Source of the DNA: an uncultured virus (IMG/VR IMGVR_UViG_3300030103_005599)
Lineage: Duplodnaviria > Heunggongvirae > Uroviricota > Caudoviricetes
IMG/VR virus record: IMGVR_UViG_3300030103_005599
Length of the DNA stretch: 60,435 bases
Strand: one strand, 5' to 3'
In this document: positions 10,201 through 19,600 of the stretch, in pieces
How the letters are laid out: every line of letters starts with the position of its first letter
Position numbering within the stretch: the first letter of the stretch is position 1
Notes under the pieces: generated by a model
What the model saw: only the letters and a program-made list of their open reading frames with translations
Told to the model about the DNA's origin: nothing
Databases searched by the model: none
Position numbers and translations under genes: made by a program

Positions 10201-10443
10201 TACACAGTAAGTAAAAATGCATCAGAAGGATCTTTTGCAGTGAATGAAGTTTTCGTTGCACTTGGATCAGGAGAGATAGCAGTAGCAAGTGGTCCGTATG
10301 TGAGTACTAAAGGCACGAACCAATTGACATTCTCTACTGACTATAAAGATGACGTTGAGAACACAGGACAACTATTTGCGGCATCAACATCAGGTGCCAG
10401 TACTACTGTTAGCGCCTACAGAATTAATCTACTAGCCAAGTAA
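7258..10443 (+). CDS. Long tail fibre-like structural protein
   Basis: 1061 aa, Thr/Ser/Gly-rich. Duplicated LATQQSIKAYVD, QTLTNK motifs and three related C-terminal beta domains. Confidence 0.75.
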   Translation: MADKTPVRVVFNESNVATGMAEFQSGDTVAVANGGTGLSSIGSAGQVLKVNAAGNGLEFGAEGDISITNLVAPTNADLTFTTSGTGNIVLDAVTLNGTTFSAADSTQITFAENVDVTGTLGVAGALSSSTSLALASGATVTGIADEDNMSSNSNTLLATQQSIKAYVDSEVGSISATSIVQNNSNITVADTGTGTITVTVDGSTIGTFNASGLQLGGSGARVTTVLDEDNLSTDSATALATQQSIKAYVDAQITAEDLDFQADSGGALSIDLDSETMTFTGGTGIDTSGSGNAVTFAIDSTVATLTGSQTLTNKVLTTPTINGATMTGNVTVDNLTLNDNIISSSSNADLILDPSGTGNVKLNAATDVTGAVTITTTTTDASLLITTTEASNSAAPVIELKRNSSSPADADYIGRLTFKGENDADQAVTYARISGKILDASDGSEDGAIEFNTIKAGSSTISARLNSDELKLLNGTSLDVAGSVTIAGDLNVTGSTTTVNTSNTTIADNIIELNSGISQSLNDAGIIIERGSTGDNAAILWDESADKFIMGTTTATASDKSGGVSVTTGTLVANIEGNATGNAATATALETARNIAGQSFDGTGNITIASTDLSNTSAITLNTASQTLTNKTLTSPTINSPTINTPTVLGAMVSTSVTTNDITTNGSNADLDLAPQGTGKVKFYGTYTLPTSDGDNGQALVTDGSGTLSFGTVADASASDDSAAVVISDKRITSTARTVDSFHSSFQDSVLYYVVSNDHNEDCINVQKVSVCHNDSGSFITSAGAQSKASATMTAFTTSLDNDMVRVKAASSNAVGGTLSFYKFGLGDNTSTGTSGNIIISQNTDVDSASESLVSFAHATFRGAKLFISINNASKTEVGNVEALVVHDGSDAYILQYGGIQSGSDPLLTLTAAIDGSNVVVSAAGLETNLRVTTHAIMLKDTMVSNDGTYANAEAIAPVTISSTATEIDTLVETTSNGAVYYTVSKNASEGSFAVNEVFVALGSGEIAVASGPYVSTKGTNQLTFSTDYKDDVENTGQLFAASTSGASTTVSAYRINLLAK

Positions 10444-10487
10444 TAAATACAGCACATTAACAATAATCATGCGGGAGATATGGAACC

Positions 10488-11498
10488 ATGACAACACGTA
10501 ACTTTAGAGTTAACAACGGTATTGAAGTAGGCGATATTACGATATCAGCATCTACTAACAAAATTACCGGCGGAAGCACAGCGGCACCATCGGGAGACGG
10601 TGACTTTGCAAACAAAAAATATGTTGATGATTCAATTGCGGCAGTTTCGACAACTGCGATATCGCAAGGGAACAGCAACGTAACAGTATCAGATTCTGGA
10701 ACTGGATCAGTAACAACAACAGTTGACGGTAACACAGAAATGACAGTCACTGATGTGGGTGTTAGGATACACGGAAACTTAACAGTAGACGGTACACAAA
10801 CAATCCTTAACACAACGACATTATCGGTTGAAGATAACATTATCGAAGTAAACAGAAACGTTTCTTCAAATTCTGGAATGCCAACATTATCAGGCTTGAA
10901 AATTAACAGAGGTGACGCATCAAGTGCCACAGAAAACGATCTTTTCTGGGTATGGGATGAATCATTTGCAGATGACGGAACAACGATCCATGGAAACTCA
11001 GGTGGTGCCTTTACAGCAGGTAGAGGACAGAACCCGGGCGACATCGATGCACTAGTAGACATCAAATGTAACGTAGTACACGCCCTAGCAACTTCGGCTC
11101 AGTACGCGGACGTTGCCGAGCGTTTCGAAGCAGACGCTCCAATGACAGCAGGCGCAGTGGTAGAAGTAGGTGGCTCAGCAGAAATCACAGAAACAACATC
11201 AGATTTATCTGAGAACGTTTTTGGTGTTATCTCTGATCAACCGGCATATGCCATGAACGCGGCGGCAGGTTCAAGTGAGACTCACCCATTTGTAGCAATG
11301 ACAGGTAGAACACCAGTTAGAGTTACAGGTGCGGTAACAAAAGGTCAAAGACTTGTTACTTCAAGTATAAAAGGTTGTGCTAGAGCAGTGGCGGCAGGTG
11401 AGTCAATTTCACCTTTCAACGTTATTGGTAGAGCATTAGAAAGTTCAACAGACGCAGGTATCAAATTGGTAAACTGTGCAGTGAGAACTAACAACTAA
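10488..11498 (+). CDS. Fibre/spike protein with C-terminal auto-cleaving intramolecular chaperone-like (peptidase G2-type) domain
   Basis: ATSAQYADVAERF...VFGVIS..PAYAMN...VAMTGRTPVRV.G.V.KG..LV..GRAL pattern. Confidence 0.65.
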   Translation: MTTRNFRVNNGIEVGDITISASTNKITGGSTAAPSGDGDFANKKYVDDSIAAVSTTAISQGNSNVTVSDSGTGSVTTTVDGNTEMTVTDVGVRIHGNLTVDGTQTILNTTTLSVEDNIIEVNRNVSSNSGMPTLSGLKINRGDASSATENDLFWVWDESFADDGTTIHGNSGGAFTAGRGQNPGDIDALVDIKCNVVHALATSAQYADVAERFEADAPMTAGAVVEVGGSAEITETTSDLSENVFGVISDQPAYAMNAAAGSSETHPFVAMTGRTPVRVTGAVTKGQRLVTSSIKGCARAVAAGESISPFNVIGRALESSTDAGIKLVNCAVRTNN

Positions 11499-11524
11499 TA
11501 AATATTCATACTTTTTAGTAGAAC

Positions 11525-11556
11525 AAAAAGGCGGCTTTCGGGTCGCCTTTTTTTTT
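11525..11556. terminator. Bidirectional terminator between convergent genes
   Basis: AAAAAGGCGGC-TTTCGG-GTCGCCTTTTTTTT; stem almost identical to that at 2762. Confidence 0.85.
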
Positions 11557-11983
11557 AGGTGATAAGATCTAATATTGTCTGCAACTTTCCTTTAATTGCT
11601 TTATTATTCAGCGTGTTCTTAAGTCCCATGTGAAGATTTTTTGGCCAGCATTCAAAAGCACACCAACAATATCCGTTGTGTTCTTCATTTAATTTTGGAA
11701 TAAATTCGGATTCAATTGCAATAAGATAGGTATGAAAATAAAATTTTTGGTCATTTGAAGTAAACATTTCTAGGGGAATTACTTTCTTGAATTTTGGCGT
11801 GCCGCCCACTTCTTCTTCAATTTCTCTCTTCAGTCCTTCAAAAGCACTTTCAGTAAATTTTGATTTACCACCTACCAATCCCCACAGGCCTTGGGTCTTT
11901 TTGTCGGTCCTTTGTAGAAAAAGGAAACGTTTAGTGCTTGTTGAATAGAATAGAGCACCTGAACAAATTATATTTTCTTTCAT
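11555..11983 (-). CDS. NUDIX hydrolase
   Basis: Nudix box WGLVGGK...ESAFEGLKREIEEEVG. Confidence 0.88.
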   Translation of the reverse strand: MKENIICSGALFYSTSTKRFLFLQRTDKKTQGLWGLVGGKSKFTESAFEGLKREIEEEVGGTPKFKKVIPLEMFTSNDQKFYFHTYLIAIESEFIPKLNEEHNGYCWCAFECWPKNLHMGLKNTLNNKAIKGKLQTILDLIT

Positions 11984-12013
11984 AACGTATTATAACAAAA
12001 AATTATTTAATTA

Positions 12014-13453
12014 TCAAGGCGTTGTTGCATCAACAGATGGGTCATAGTCTACGCTACCGCCTTCTAAAACTATCGTCCAATTACCTTGTGTGTACACACC
12101 CTCGTAAGATTTTACCCATTCTGTGCCGTTGAATCTGTACTGTATGCCTGTGTTTGTATTGGTAACGTAATGTAAAGTAGAGTCTGGATGACTAGCGTCA
12201 AAGACCTTTTGCCATCTGCTTTCTGATGAATTATATTGGATAATATCACCAACACTTGCCACCAATGTCCCCCAAGTAGAACTTTGTTGAGTTGCAGTAG
12301 AGTCACCTATTTCGTCAATTATCAAATATCTATCGCCGTCTGCAGGACTTGTTGGAGCAAACGTTGTGGGATTTATTATTTTCTTAACCGCGGTCAATGT
12401 GTTAGCAGGAATAGTGTCTGAATCTATCGTATATAATAAAATTGTATCATCTAAAGTTGTTGTAGCAATGGTTCCTATCACTTCTGTACCATCACTTTGT
12501 TTCAATCTTATCTGACTCGTGCCATTTACAACCTTGCCGTATTGATCTAACAACACTTTCCAATTCACAGGTGGTCCAAAAGTTTCGAAAGGATCTGCAA
12601 GTCCGGGATCTTTTGCTCCGGTATGAAATCCATCTCCGCCCGATTTGACATTGACCCCTGTTGTCCCAAGCAATCTTAACTGGTTACCCGTCACTAATAA
12701 TCCAAAATTGTTTGGTGTAATAAAACTTTGCGAAAGCAAAGGTCCGCTTATTAAACCTTTGTTGAATCCACCGTCGTCGTCGTAAATGCTCATAATAATC
12801 TTTTGTACTACACCTAATTTTTTAACTTTGACCGGAGGAGAAAGCCATATCGGCATACTGAAAGTCATTGTAGCGACATCTATTTCTGTGTCGGCACCTA
12901 CCGGAATGGTCCTCGAACTAAATGATATGTCTTTTAACTCGACATAACTCAAACTTGTCCAATCTATGTAGTTGTCTGATTTTTGGATTTCAAAATCTGG
13001 ATTGAACAAATATAAAATCTGTTCCAATATTTGTAATTTTTGATCAGTGTTAGAACTGTAAATGTCGGCTGTGACTTCTAATCTAAAGGGCGATGGCATG
13101 ACCTTTTCAACAGTGTATCCTGCACCTAAACGATTAGTGTAGTTTCCGTCCGAATCAACATCTCTTTCACGCAAATGTTGTTTTTCAACATGATAAGGAT
13201 TTTGCATTCTTTCCCTATCGTAATTTAATTCTCGAATATAACAAGCAATTTTAGGAGCATAATTTAATGCATTTTCACTATTGTTACGTATTATATTTGC
13301 TACCTGCCTTGTTGGATCACCATATACTACAGGCACCGGACGTAACGCTATCTGATTATCGCTACCTCTTCCTGTTTCAACAGAAAAATTATTCAAAATT
13401 CTCATAAATTGCGTTAAGAACTTTCTTACCTGCCCTGAATAAAAATGTAGCAT
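12014..13453 (-). CDS. Tail terminator/sheath stabiliser (gp15-like) with C-terminal extension
   Basis: HFYSGQVRKFLTQF, VPVVYGD, LNYDRER and QILEQILYLFNP motifs; adjacent to neck genes. Confidence 0.72.
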   Translation of the reverse strand: MLHFYSGQVRKFLTQFMRILNNFSVETGRGSDNQIALRPVPVVYGDPTRQVANIIRNNSENALNYAPKIACYIRELNYDRERMQNPYHVEKQHLRERDVDSDGNYTNRLGAGYTVEKVMPSPFRLEVTADIYSSNTDQKLQILEQILYLFNPDFEIQKSDNYIDWTSLSYVELKDISFSSRTIPVGADTEIDVATMTFSMPIWLSPPVKVKKLGVVQKIIMSIYDDDGGFNKGLISGPLLSQSFITPNNFGLLVTGNQLRLLGTTGVNVKSGGDGFHTGAKDPGLADPFETFGPPVNWKVLLDQYGKVVNGTSQIRLKQSDGTEVIGTIATTTLDDTILLYTIDSDTIPANTLTAVKKIINPTTFAPTSPADGDRYLIIDEIGDSTATQQSSTWGTLVASVGDIIQYNSSESRWQKVFDASHPDSTLHYVTNTNTGIQYRFNGTEWVKSYEGVYTQGNWTIVLEGGSVDYDPSVDATTP

Positions 13454-14622
13454 TAATTGTCAGCCTTTGGTTTAAGTGCGTTTTCTAACGACTGTCTTTG
13501 GTCTACTGTTAATCCATTTATCGTATCTGTTGATGTGTTATTAACAAATCCGGTTTTTTGTGTTGACCTAGTGTCAGTATTAGAATGCGTTATTCTTACA
13601 GAGTCTTCTACCTTGACCCATCTGTTGCCATCGTAACGGAACAATCTGTTTGGTAGGAAGTCTGTTCTTAAAAAATAGTCGCCTTGATCAACATTTGAAT
13701 TAGGAAAACTAATGCCAAAGCCTGCTGGGTTTCCGTTTGGCGCTACTCCATCACCATCGAGATAGAATCCATAATGAGAACTTGCAGGAGTATCGATTGT
13801 AGCGTTTACAGTCTTGTCCATGCTTACTCGTTGGTCCTCGGTGTTTACATTATCAGTCCTGATGTTGCCACGTTCGTCTATAGGTGCAACATAGTACTGT
13901 TTGTAGTTGAAACCTGCTTTTGGCGAATCTGCTTCTGCCTGTGCTAGAACTTGATCCGAAATAGTTTTTTCTCTGTTGAAAGTTGACATATAACTTGCAA
14001 GAGAATTTTCTGTGGTTGCATCTCCCAAAATATCTCTGTATTCCTGTGAATCTACCAAAGACTTTAATTTTAGTCTTAGTAAATGCGGCCACCATGTTGC
14101 CGAAAATCCTTCAGCCGCTCTGTTTACGTCCTCTACAACATAGTATCTTTTCAATGCTATTGGAATAGTTTCATCCAATGAGTAATCTTCTTTCATGTGA
14201 GGAAATTCTATTACATCGCCACTCATAGGCTTCCTGCCCAATCTTTCAACAGAATCATTCAAATGCACGGTCAAAAATAGTGTGTCATTTTGTAAGAACA
14301 TACCAAACTGACTTAGATTAAAATCAACGTCTTGAACGTTATAAATCCCCCTGATTGTATAGATATCTGAGTCGTATTTCCTGTCTCGATTTTCTAAAAA
14401 GAGTAAATCTTGAATGGTCCTTTCATTTAAACTATCGCCCGAATACTGTGGTTGAGTTGGACTAGCATCACCGTCCTTGTTTGTTTCCCCCTGATCGTAA
14501 GGACCTAGGTATTTGTGGAAATGTAGATCAGTGCCACCTACCGTAAACATCTCCTTGATGTTACGATCGAAGAACTTATAGTCACTGCCCTTTTCAGGCT
14601 TGAAAATGGATAATCTTGGCAT
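13453..14622 (-). CDS. Neck/head-closure protein (gp14-like), extended
   Basis: LSQFGMFL.ND...RKPMSGDVIEFPH motif. Start moved to ATG 14622 because the ATG at 14631 overlaps the TAAATA box. Confidence 0.65.
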   Translation of the reverse strand: MPRLSIFKPEKGSDYKFFDRNIKEMFTVGGTDLHFHKYLGPYDQGETNKDGDASPTQPQYSGDSLNERTIQDLLFLENRDRKYDSDIYTIRGIYNVQDVDFNLSQFGMFLQNDTLFLTVHLNDSVERLGRKPMSGDVIEFPHMKEDYSLDETIPIALKRYYVVEDVNRAAEGFSATWWPHLLRLKLKSLVDSQEYRDILGDATTENSLASYMSTFNREKTISDQVLAQAEADSPKAGFNYKQYYVAPIDERGNIRTDNVNTEDQRVSMDKTVNATIDTPASSHYGFYLDGDGVAPNGNPAGFGISFPNSNVDQGDYFLRTDFLPNRLFRYDGNRWVKVEDSVRITHSNTDTRSTQKTGFVNNTSTDTINGLTVDQRQSLENALKPKADN

Positions 14623-14625
14623 ATC

Positions 14626-14665
14626 ACACATATTTATTGTGCAGGCAACGGCTATAAATATGTGT
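14626..14665. promoter_or_regulatory. Back-to-back divergent late promoters forming a 12-bp inverted repeat
   Basis: ACACATATTTAT (14626-14637) and ATAAATATGTGT (14654-14665); each TAAATA precedes an ATG. Confidence 0.7.
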
Positions 14666-15427
14666 ATGTCAGAACTGCAAACAGGTCAACAAGAAATATT
14701 CGATTACGTTAAAAATAACCTTGGTGAGGGAATGATCGACGTAGAGCTCGATCCCAAACACTATCAAACGGCTCTTACAAGGGCAATCGATAGATACAGA
14801 CAGCGTAGTTCAAATGCAGTCGAAGAATCCTACGCTTTTTTAACTTTGAAGAAAAATCAAAATTCATACATCTTGCCAAATGAAATAATCAATGTGAGAA
14901 ACCTTAACAGAAGAACTGTTGGATCCAGGACAGAAGGCGGTGAAGGTGGTACACTTTTCGAACCATTCAATTTGGCATACACAAATACCTATCTCCTAAG
15001 GGCAGGTGCAACAGGTGGATTGGCAACTTACTACGCTTTTGCAAGTTATCAAGAGTTGGTTGGAAAAATGTTTGGAAGTTTCATACAATTCCACTTTGAT
15101 GTAGCAACTAAAAAACTTACAATCACGCAAAGACCTAGGGCAGATGATGAAACAATATTGATGCATACAGATAATTTTAGACCAGACATAACATTATTCA
15201 AAGACATCTATGCAAAACCCTGGATCAGAGATTACACACTTGCAGTTTCCAAAGTTATGTTGGGCGAAGCAAGAGGCAAGTTTACGCAGATAGCAGGACC
15301 ACAAGGTGGCACAACACTTAACGGTGCTGAACTGAAACAGCAAGGACTTGCTGAAATGGAAAGACTAGATAACGAAATTGGCAACTTTGCCGAAGGTGGA
15401 ACTCCACACAGTTTTGTTATTGGTTAA
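14666..15427 (+). CDS. Neck protein (gp13-like)
   Basis: LGEGMIDVELD, WIRDYTLA..K..LGEARGKF..IAGPQGG.TLNG and terminal FVIG motifs. Start set at the ATG after TAAATA. Confidence 0.8.
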   Translation: MSELQTGQQEIFDYVKNNLGEGMIDVELDPKHYQTALTRAIDRYRQRSSNAVEESYAFLTLKKNQNSYILPNEIINVRNLNRRTVGSRTEGGEGGTLFEPFNLAYTNTYLLRAGATGGLATYYAFASYQELVGKMFGSFIQFHFDVATKKLTITQRPRADDETILMHTDNFRPDITLFKDIYAKPWIRDYTLAVSKVMLGEARGKFTQIAGPQGGTTLNGAELKQQGLAEMERLDNEIGNFAEGGTPHSFVIG

Positions 15428-15459
15428 TAACCTACAAACAGCATTTAAATAAAAGAGTC

Positions 15460-15642
15460 ATGACAGACTCCAATTATAAAAAATATTCTGACCTAACACT
15501 AGAAGAGTTAGAAGATGTAGTGCAAGACATAGAAAATATGAGTCTTGCGGCCTTGAAGCAACAAAAGAAAGATCTCAGAATTACCATGTTAAAGACTGTG
15601 CAAGAGGCTAAGAAAGAGATTGAAAAACGATTGAAAAAATAG
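15460..15642 (+). CDS. Small hypothetical coiled-coil protein
   Basis: 60-aa ORF, with TAAATA at 15446-15451. Confidence 0.55.
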   Translation: MTDSNYKKYSDLTLEELEDVVQDIENMSLAALKQQKKDLRITMLKTVQEAKKEIEKRLKK

Positions 15643-15648
15643 TATAAT
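15620..15648 (+). promoter_or_regulatory. Sigma70-like early promoter
   Basis: TTGAAA-17 nt-TATAAT, 6 nt before ATG 15655. Confidence 0.65.
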
Positions 15649-15654
15649 AACACT

Positions 15655-16290
15655 ATGTTGATAGGCGTAGTAGGATTAATAGGTTCCGGAAAAGGCACTG
15701 TTGCGGATAGGCTGGAACAGAAACACGGATTTCGAAAAGATTCATTTGCTAAAAGCCTTAAGGATGCCGTAAGTTTCATGTTCAATTGGGACAGGGAAAT
15801 GCTTGAAGGCAAGACAGAATCAAGCAGGCACTGGAGAGAACAACCTGACAAGTTTTGGAGTGACAAATTTGGAAAGCCGGTAACGCCAAGATGGGTGATG
15901 CAATATTTCGGGACAGAAGTAATGCGTGGACAAATGCTTGATACAATCTGGATAGACAGTTGTCTAATGAGATACAACGGTACTCCAACTGTAATAGCAG
16001 ATACCAGGTTCAAGAATGAACTGAAAATGATACAAAAATCAGGTGGCAAACTTATACTTGTAAAACGTGGCGAACTGCCAAGTGTAGAAGAAATGCAACA
16101 AAAAGGTGCTCATAAATCCGAGTGGGATTGGATGGGTTGGAACTTTGATTACACTATTGAAAACGACGGTACTAAAGAAGAGTTATATGCAAAAGTCGAC
16201 GACTTAATCGTCAGCAACAAGATCGCCTACACGCCATCCCAATCTACGGATAGCACCCAACCTTTGGCAATTGGCGCAAACAGTTTTTAG
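15655..16290 (+). CDS. Deoxynucleoside monophosphate kinase (T4 gp1-like)
   Basis: GLIGSGKGT P-loop, SFAKSLKDAV, TPRWVMQYFGTE, DTRF.NE and H.SE motifs. Confidence 0.9.
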   Translation: MLIGVVGLIGSGKGTVADRLEQKHGFRKDSFAKSLKDAVSFMFNWDREMLEGKTESSRHWREQPDKFWSDKFGKPVTPRWVMQYFGTEVMRGQMLDTIWIDSCLMRYNGTPTVIADTRFKNELKMIQKSGGKLILVKRGELPSVEEMQQKGAHKSEWDWMGWNFDYTIENDGTKEELYAKVDDLIVSNKIAYTPSQSTDSTQPLAIGANSF

Positions 16291-16563
16291 ATTAGTTTCA
16301 GCGACATTTCTTAAATTTCCATCTACAAAAAAGACGTCCAATTGGCTAGTGTGCTGTGCTTTGAAGCCACATAACTCACATTTCCTACGCTTTTTGTAGC
16401 CTGACCTTTGAAGAGGAGTGACGCCTCCTATCTTCTTGCCAGCATTTTTCCTTATGCATGAATCACATTTACTACGCCAATATATCTTGTCATTCCGCTT
16501 GTAGGCATATGCCCGTGGCCTTGTCTTACAGTTCTTGCACAAAGGTCTGCTAATATGTCGCAT
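16204..16563 (-). CDS. Zn-binding HNH-like protein, probably catalytically degenerate
   Basis: Four CxxC pairs; LDVFFVDGN..N...NL..VCANC HNH scaffold. Start at ATG 16563, 5 nt after a minus-strand TAAATA. Confidence 0.65.
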   Translation of the reverse strand: MRHISRPLCKNCKTRPRAYAYKRNDKIYWRSKCDSCIRKNAGKKIGGVTPLQRSGYKKRRKCELCGFKAQHTSQLDVFFVDGNLRNVAETNLKTVCANCQRLGAIRRLGWRVGDLVADD

Positions 16564-16679
16564 GTTGCTATTTACGTCACCTATATAGGTACCTCGAAAA
16601 TGGTAAATTATGTCAACAAAACCGTATGATTGAATAAATAACTCTAGTATATACGTAACTTGCAAGGAGAATACGAAAA

Positions 16680-19600
16680 ATGGCTTTAACATCACCAGGA
16701 GTAGAGGTTTCAGTAATAAACGAAAGTTTCTACGTACCATCAGATGCGGGTACAACACCTTTATTCATAGTAGCATCATCACAAGACAAACAGAATGGCG
16801 CAGGGTCAGGCACAGCGGCAGGAACACAAAGTTCAAATGCCAATACAGCATACTTGATCTCATCGCAAAGAGAATTAACAGAGACTTTTGGAGATCCAAA
16901 ATTCTACACAGACGCATCAGGAAATTCATTAAATGGATATGAATTAAATGAATATGGATTACAAGCGGCGTACTCGTTCCTTGGAGTTGCCAACAGAGCG
17001 TTTGTATTAAGAGCAAACATAAACACTTCAGAATTAGTAGGAAGTGCATCGGCTCCTACAGCAGACCCATCAGATGGAACATACTGGTTAGACCTTGCAT
17101 CAAGCAGTTATGGAATATTTGAGTGGTCACAAGCAAATCAAAAATTCACTGCTAAGACACCAACTTTAATTACTAGCGTTGGTGACCTAGTAGGCGCAGT
17201 ATCAACAGGTGCTCCAAAAACATCAGTTGGTTCTATTGGTGATTACGCAATCAACACAACACACGTTTCAAACAAGATTTACAAAAAAACTGCAAGTAAC
17301 ACATGGGCACAATTAGGATCACTTGCATGGCACAATTCACTACCAGTAGTGACAGTGGCATCAGGCACAACAGTTTCAAGCGGTAACACTTTTGTAATAA
17401 ACGGAATAACAATTACACCAGGTGGCACAGCATTATCAGATGTTGCAACAGCAATTGGTTCAAGTGTTGTAAACGTTTCAGCAAGTGTAAACGCAACAAC
17501 AGGTAACCTAGAAATATTCCACAATGGTCTATTAACAGGTGACAGTACATCAGGTGCTAACACAATTAGATTTGAAGAAGGTAACGGTGTATTAGCAGAA
17601 TTAGGAATAACAGCAGGTGTTAAAAACGGTGCTAAATTCTTACAAGCGGCGCACACTTCTAGACCAACTTGGAAAACAGCAGACGAAGATAGACCTAACG
17701 GATCAGTTTGGTTCAAAACTACAAGTGCCAACTCTGGTGCTAACATCATTGCAAAACTTTACAGTTCTGCAAGTGCTAGTTTCTCAACAGTAGCGTCACC
17801 ATTACATGCTACACATCACAGTGCAATCTTTAATTTAGATGCCGCTGGCGGTGGAGCAAATTTATCAGTTGGAGCACTTTATACACAATTCAACATCACT
17901 GAACAGTCATTGTCAAGTGGTGCTGACGCAACTACAAATGTTGGTGACTTCCAATTATTCAGATACGAAGGTGGCACAACAGTTATTTCATCTAAAACTA
18001 CAAGTCCAAGTTTCACACACAACGAAACTTTCACTGTAAGAGAATCACTTAAAAATCAAGAAGCATTGGACACTGCAAAAACAGTCACAATACAATCTGG
18101 TGATGGTTCAACATTAGCAGACGCTGATGATTTTGTTACGGCTTTCACAGCGGCAAACTTCACAAACTTGACAGCAGAAATAATTGCTACAGGTGAACAC
18201 GCAGGTGCAATCAGAATAACACATGCACTAGGCGGTGAGTTTAGAATGAACAACACATCAGGTACACCACTTGATGACGCAGGCTTTGGAACGTCAAATG
18301 CACACGCATATGGCACATTCACTGCAAACAGTTCAACATTAATTGACAACTTATATGTTACTCCAACAGGCGAATCTGAGGACTCAACAGTTGGTAACGA
18401 AGTAATGGCAAGTAACTGGAAGAGATTAAGTTACACTGCTTCTGTAAATGCTCCTACAAATGAGCCAGCAGACGGCACACTATGGTACGACACAAACACA
18501 GATGTTGCGGACATCATGGTGCATAATGGAACAACTTTCAAAGGTTACCTACAAGTTTACGCTACAACAGATCCAGCAGGTCCACAGTTCAGTGCAACAG
18601 CACCAACTACACAGTCAGATGGTACTGCACTTGTGAACAACGACTTATGGATTGACACTAGCGACCTAGAAAACTATCCAAAACTTTACAAATACAACAC
18701 AGCGGCAACGTTGAGTTCAACTAACACAAACAACCAGGTTGCTGTTACTACAACAGGTGCGGCTTGGGAATTAGTTGACAAATCAGACCAAACAACAGAA
18801 GACGGTATTGTGTTTGCGGATGCTAGGTTCCACACTTCAGCAGACAAGCAGGCAGGAACATCAACAGCGGCGGGTACTGCATCATCAATCAAAGACTTAT
18901 TGAGTGATGACTTCCTAGATCCAGATGCTCCAAATCCTTCATTGTTTCCAAATGGTATACTTTTATGGAACACAAGAAGAAGTGGTTTCAATGTAAAAGA
19001 ATACAAAAACAGTTACATCACAACAACAAAATATCCTGGATCAGGTTCGTCAGGACTTGGTAACGTGAGATTCAGCAACGAATCAGTTGCATCTTACTAC
19101 CCAGACAGATGGGTTACTAAATCAGGCAACAATGCTGACGGTTCTGGAACATTTGGCAGAAAAGCACAGAGAAAAGTTATTGTTGAGCAACTTAAATCTG
19201 AGATAGACACTAACCAAGCAATCAGAGAAGACCAAAGAGGTTACAATGTAATTGCTTGTCCTGGATACCCAGAATTAATAGCAAACATGATTAACCTAAA
19301 CACAGATAGAAACAACACAGCGTTCATCTTGGGAGACACACCTTTCAGATTAGAAGGAACAGCAACTTCTATACAGAACTGGGCTAACAACACAGCAGGT
19401 GCAAGTGACAACGGTGAAGACGGTTTAGTAAGCGGAAGCGATTACTTGGGCGTGTTCTACCCGTCAGGTCAAACAACTGACAACACAGGCAAGTCAATCG
19501 TTGTTCCACCATCACACATGATGTTGAGAGTATTAGCAAACAATGATAATGTTGCTTTCCCATGGTTCGCACCAGCAGGTACTAGAAGAGGTGTTGTTGA

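Noticed and set aside
3932..11065. Long minus-strand ORFs opposite the fibre genes (e.g. 3932-4816, 10457-11065)
   Set aside because: Antisense shadows of biased Thr/Gly/Ser codons; no promoter, SD or recognisable motifs.
16564..16758. N-terminal extension of the minus-strand 184-aa ORF
   Set aside because: It overlaps the sheath start and promoter region; the ATG at 16563 after TAAATA is the better start.
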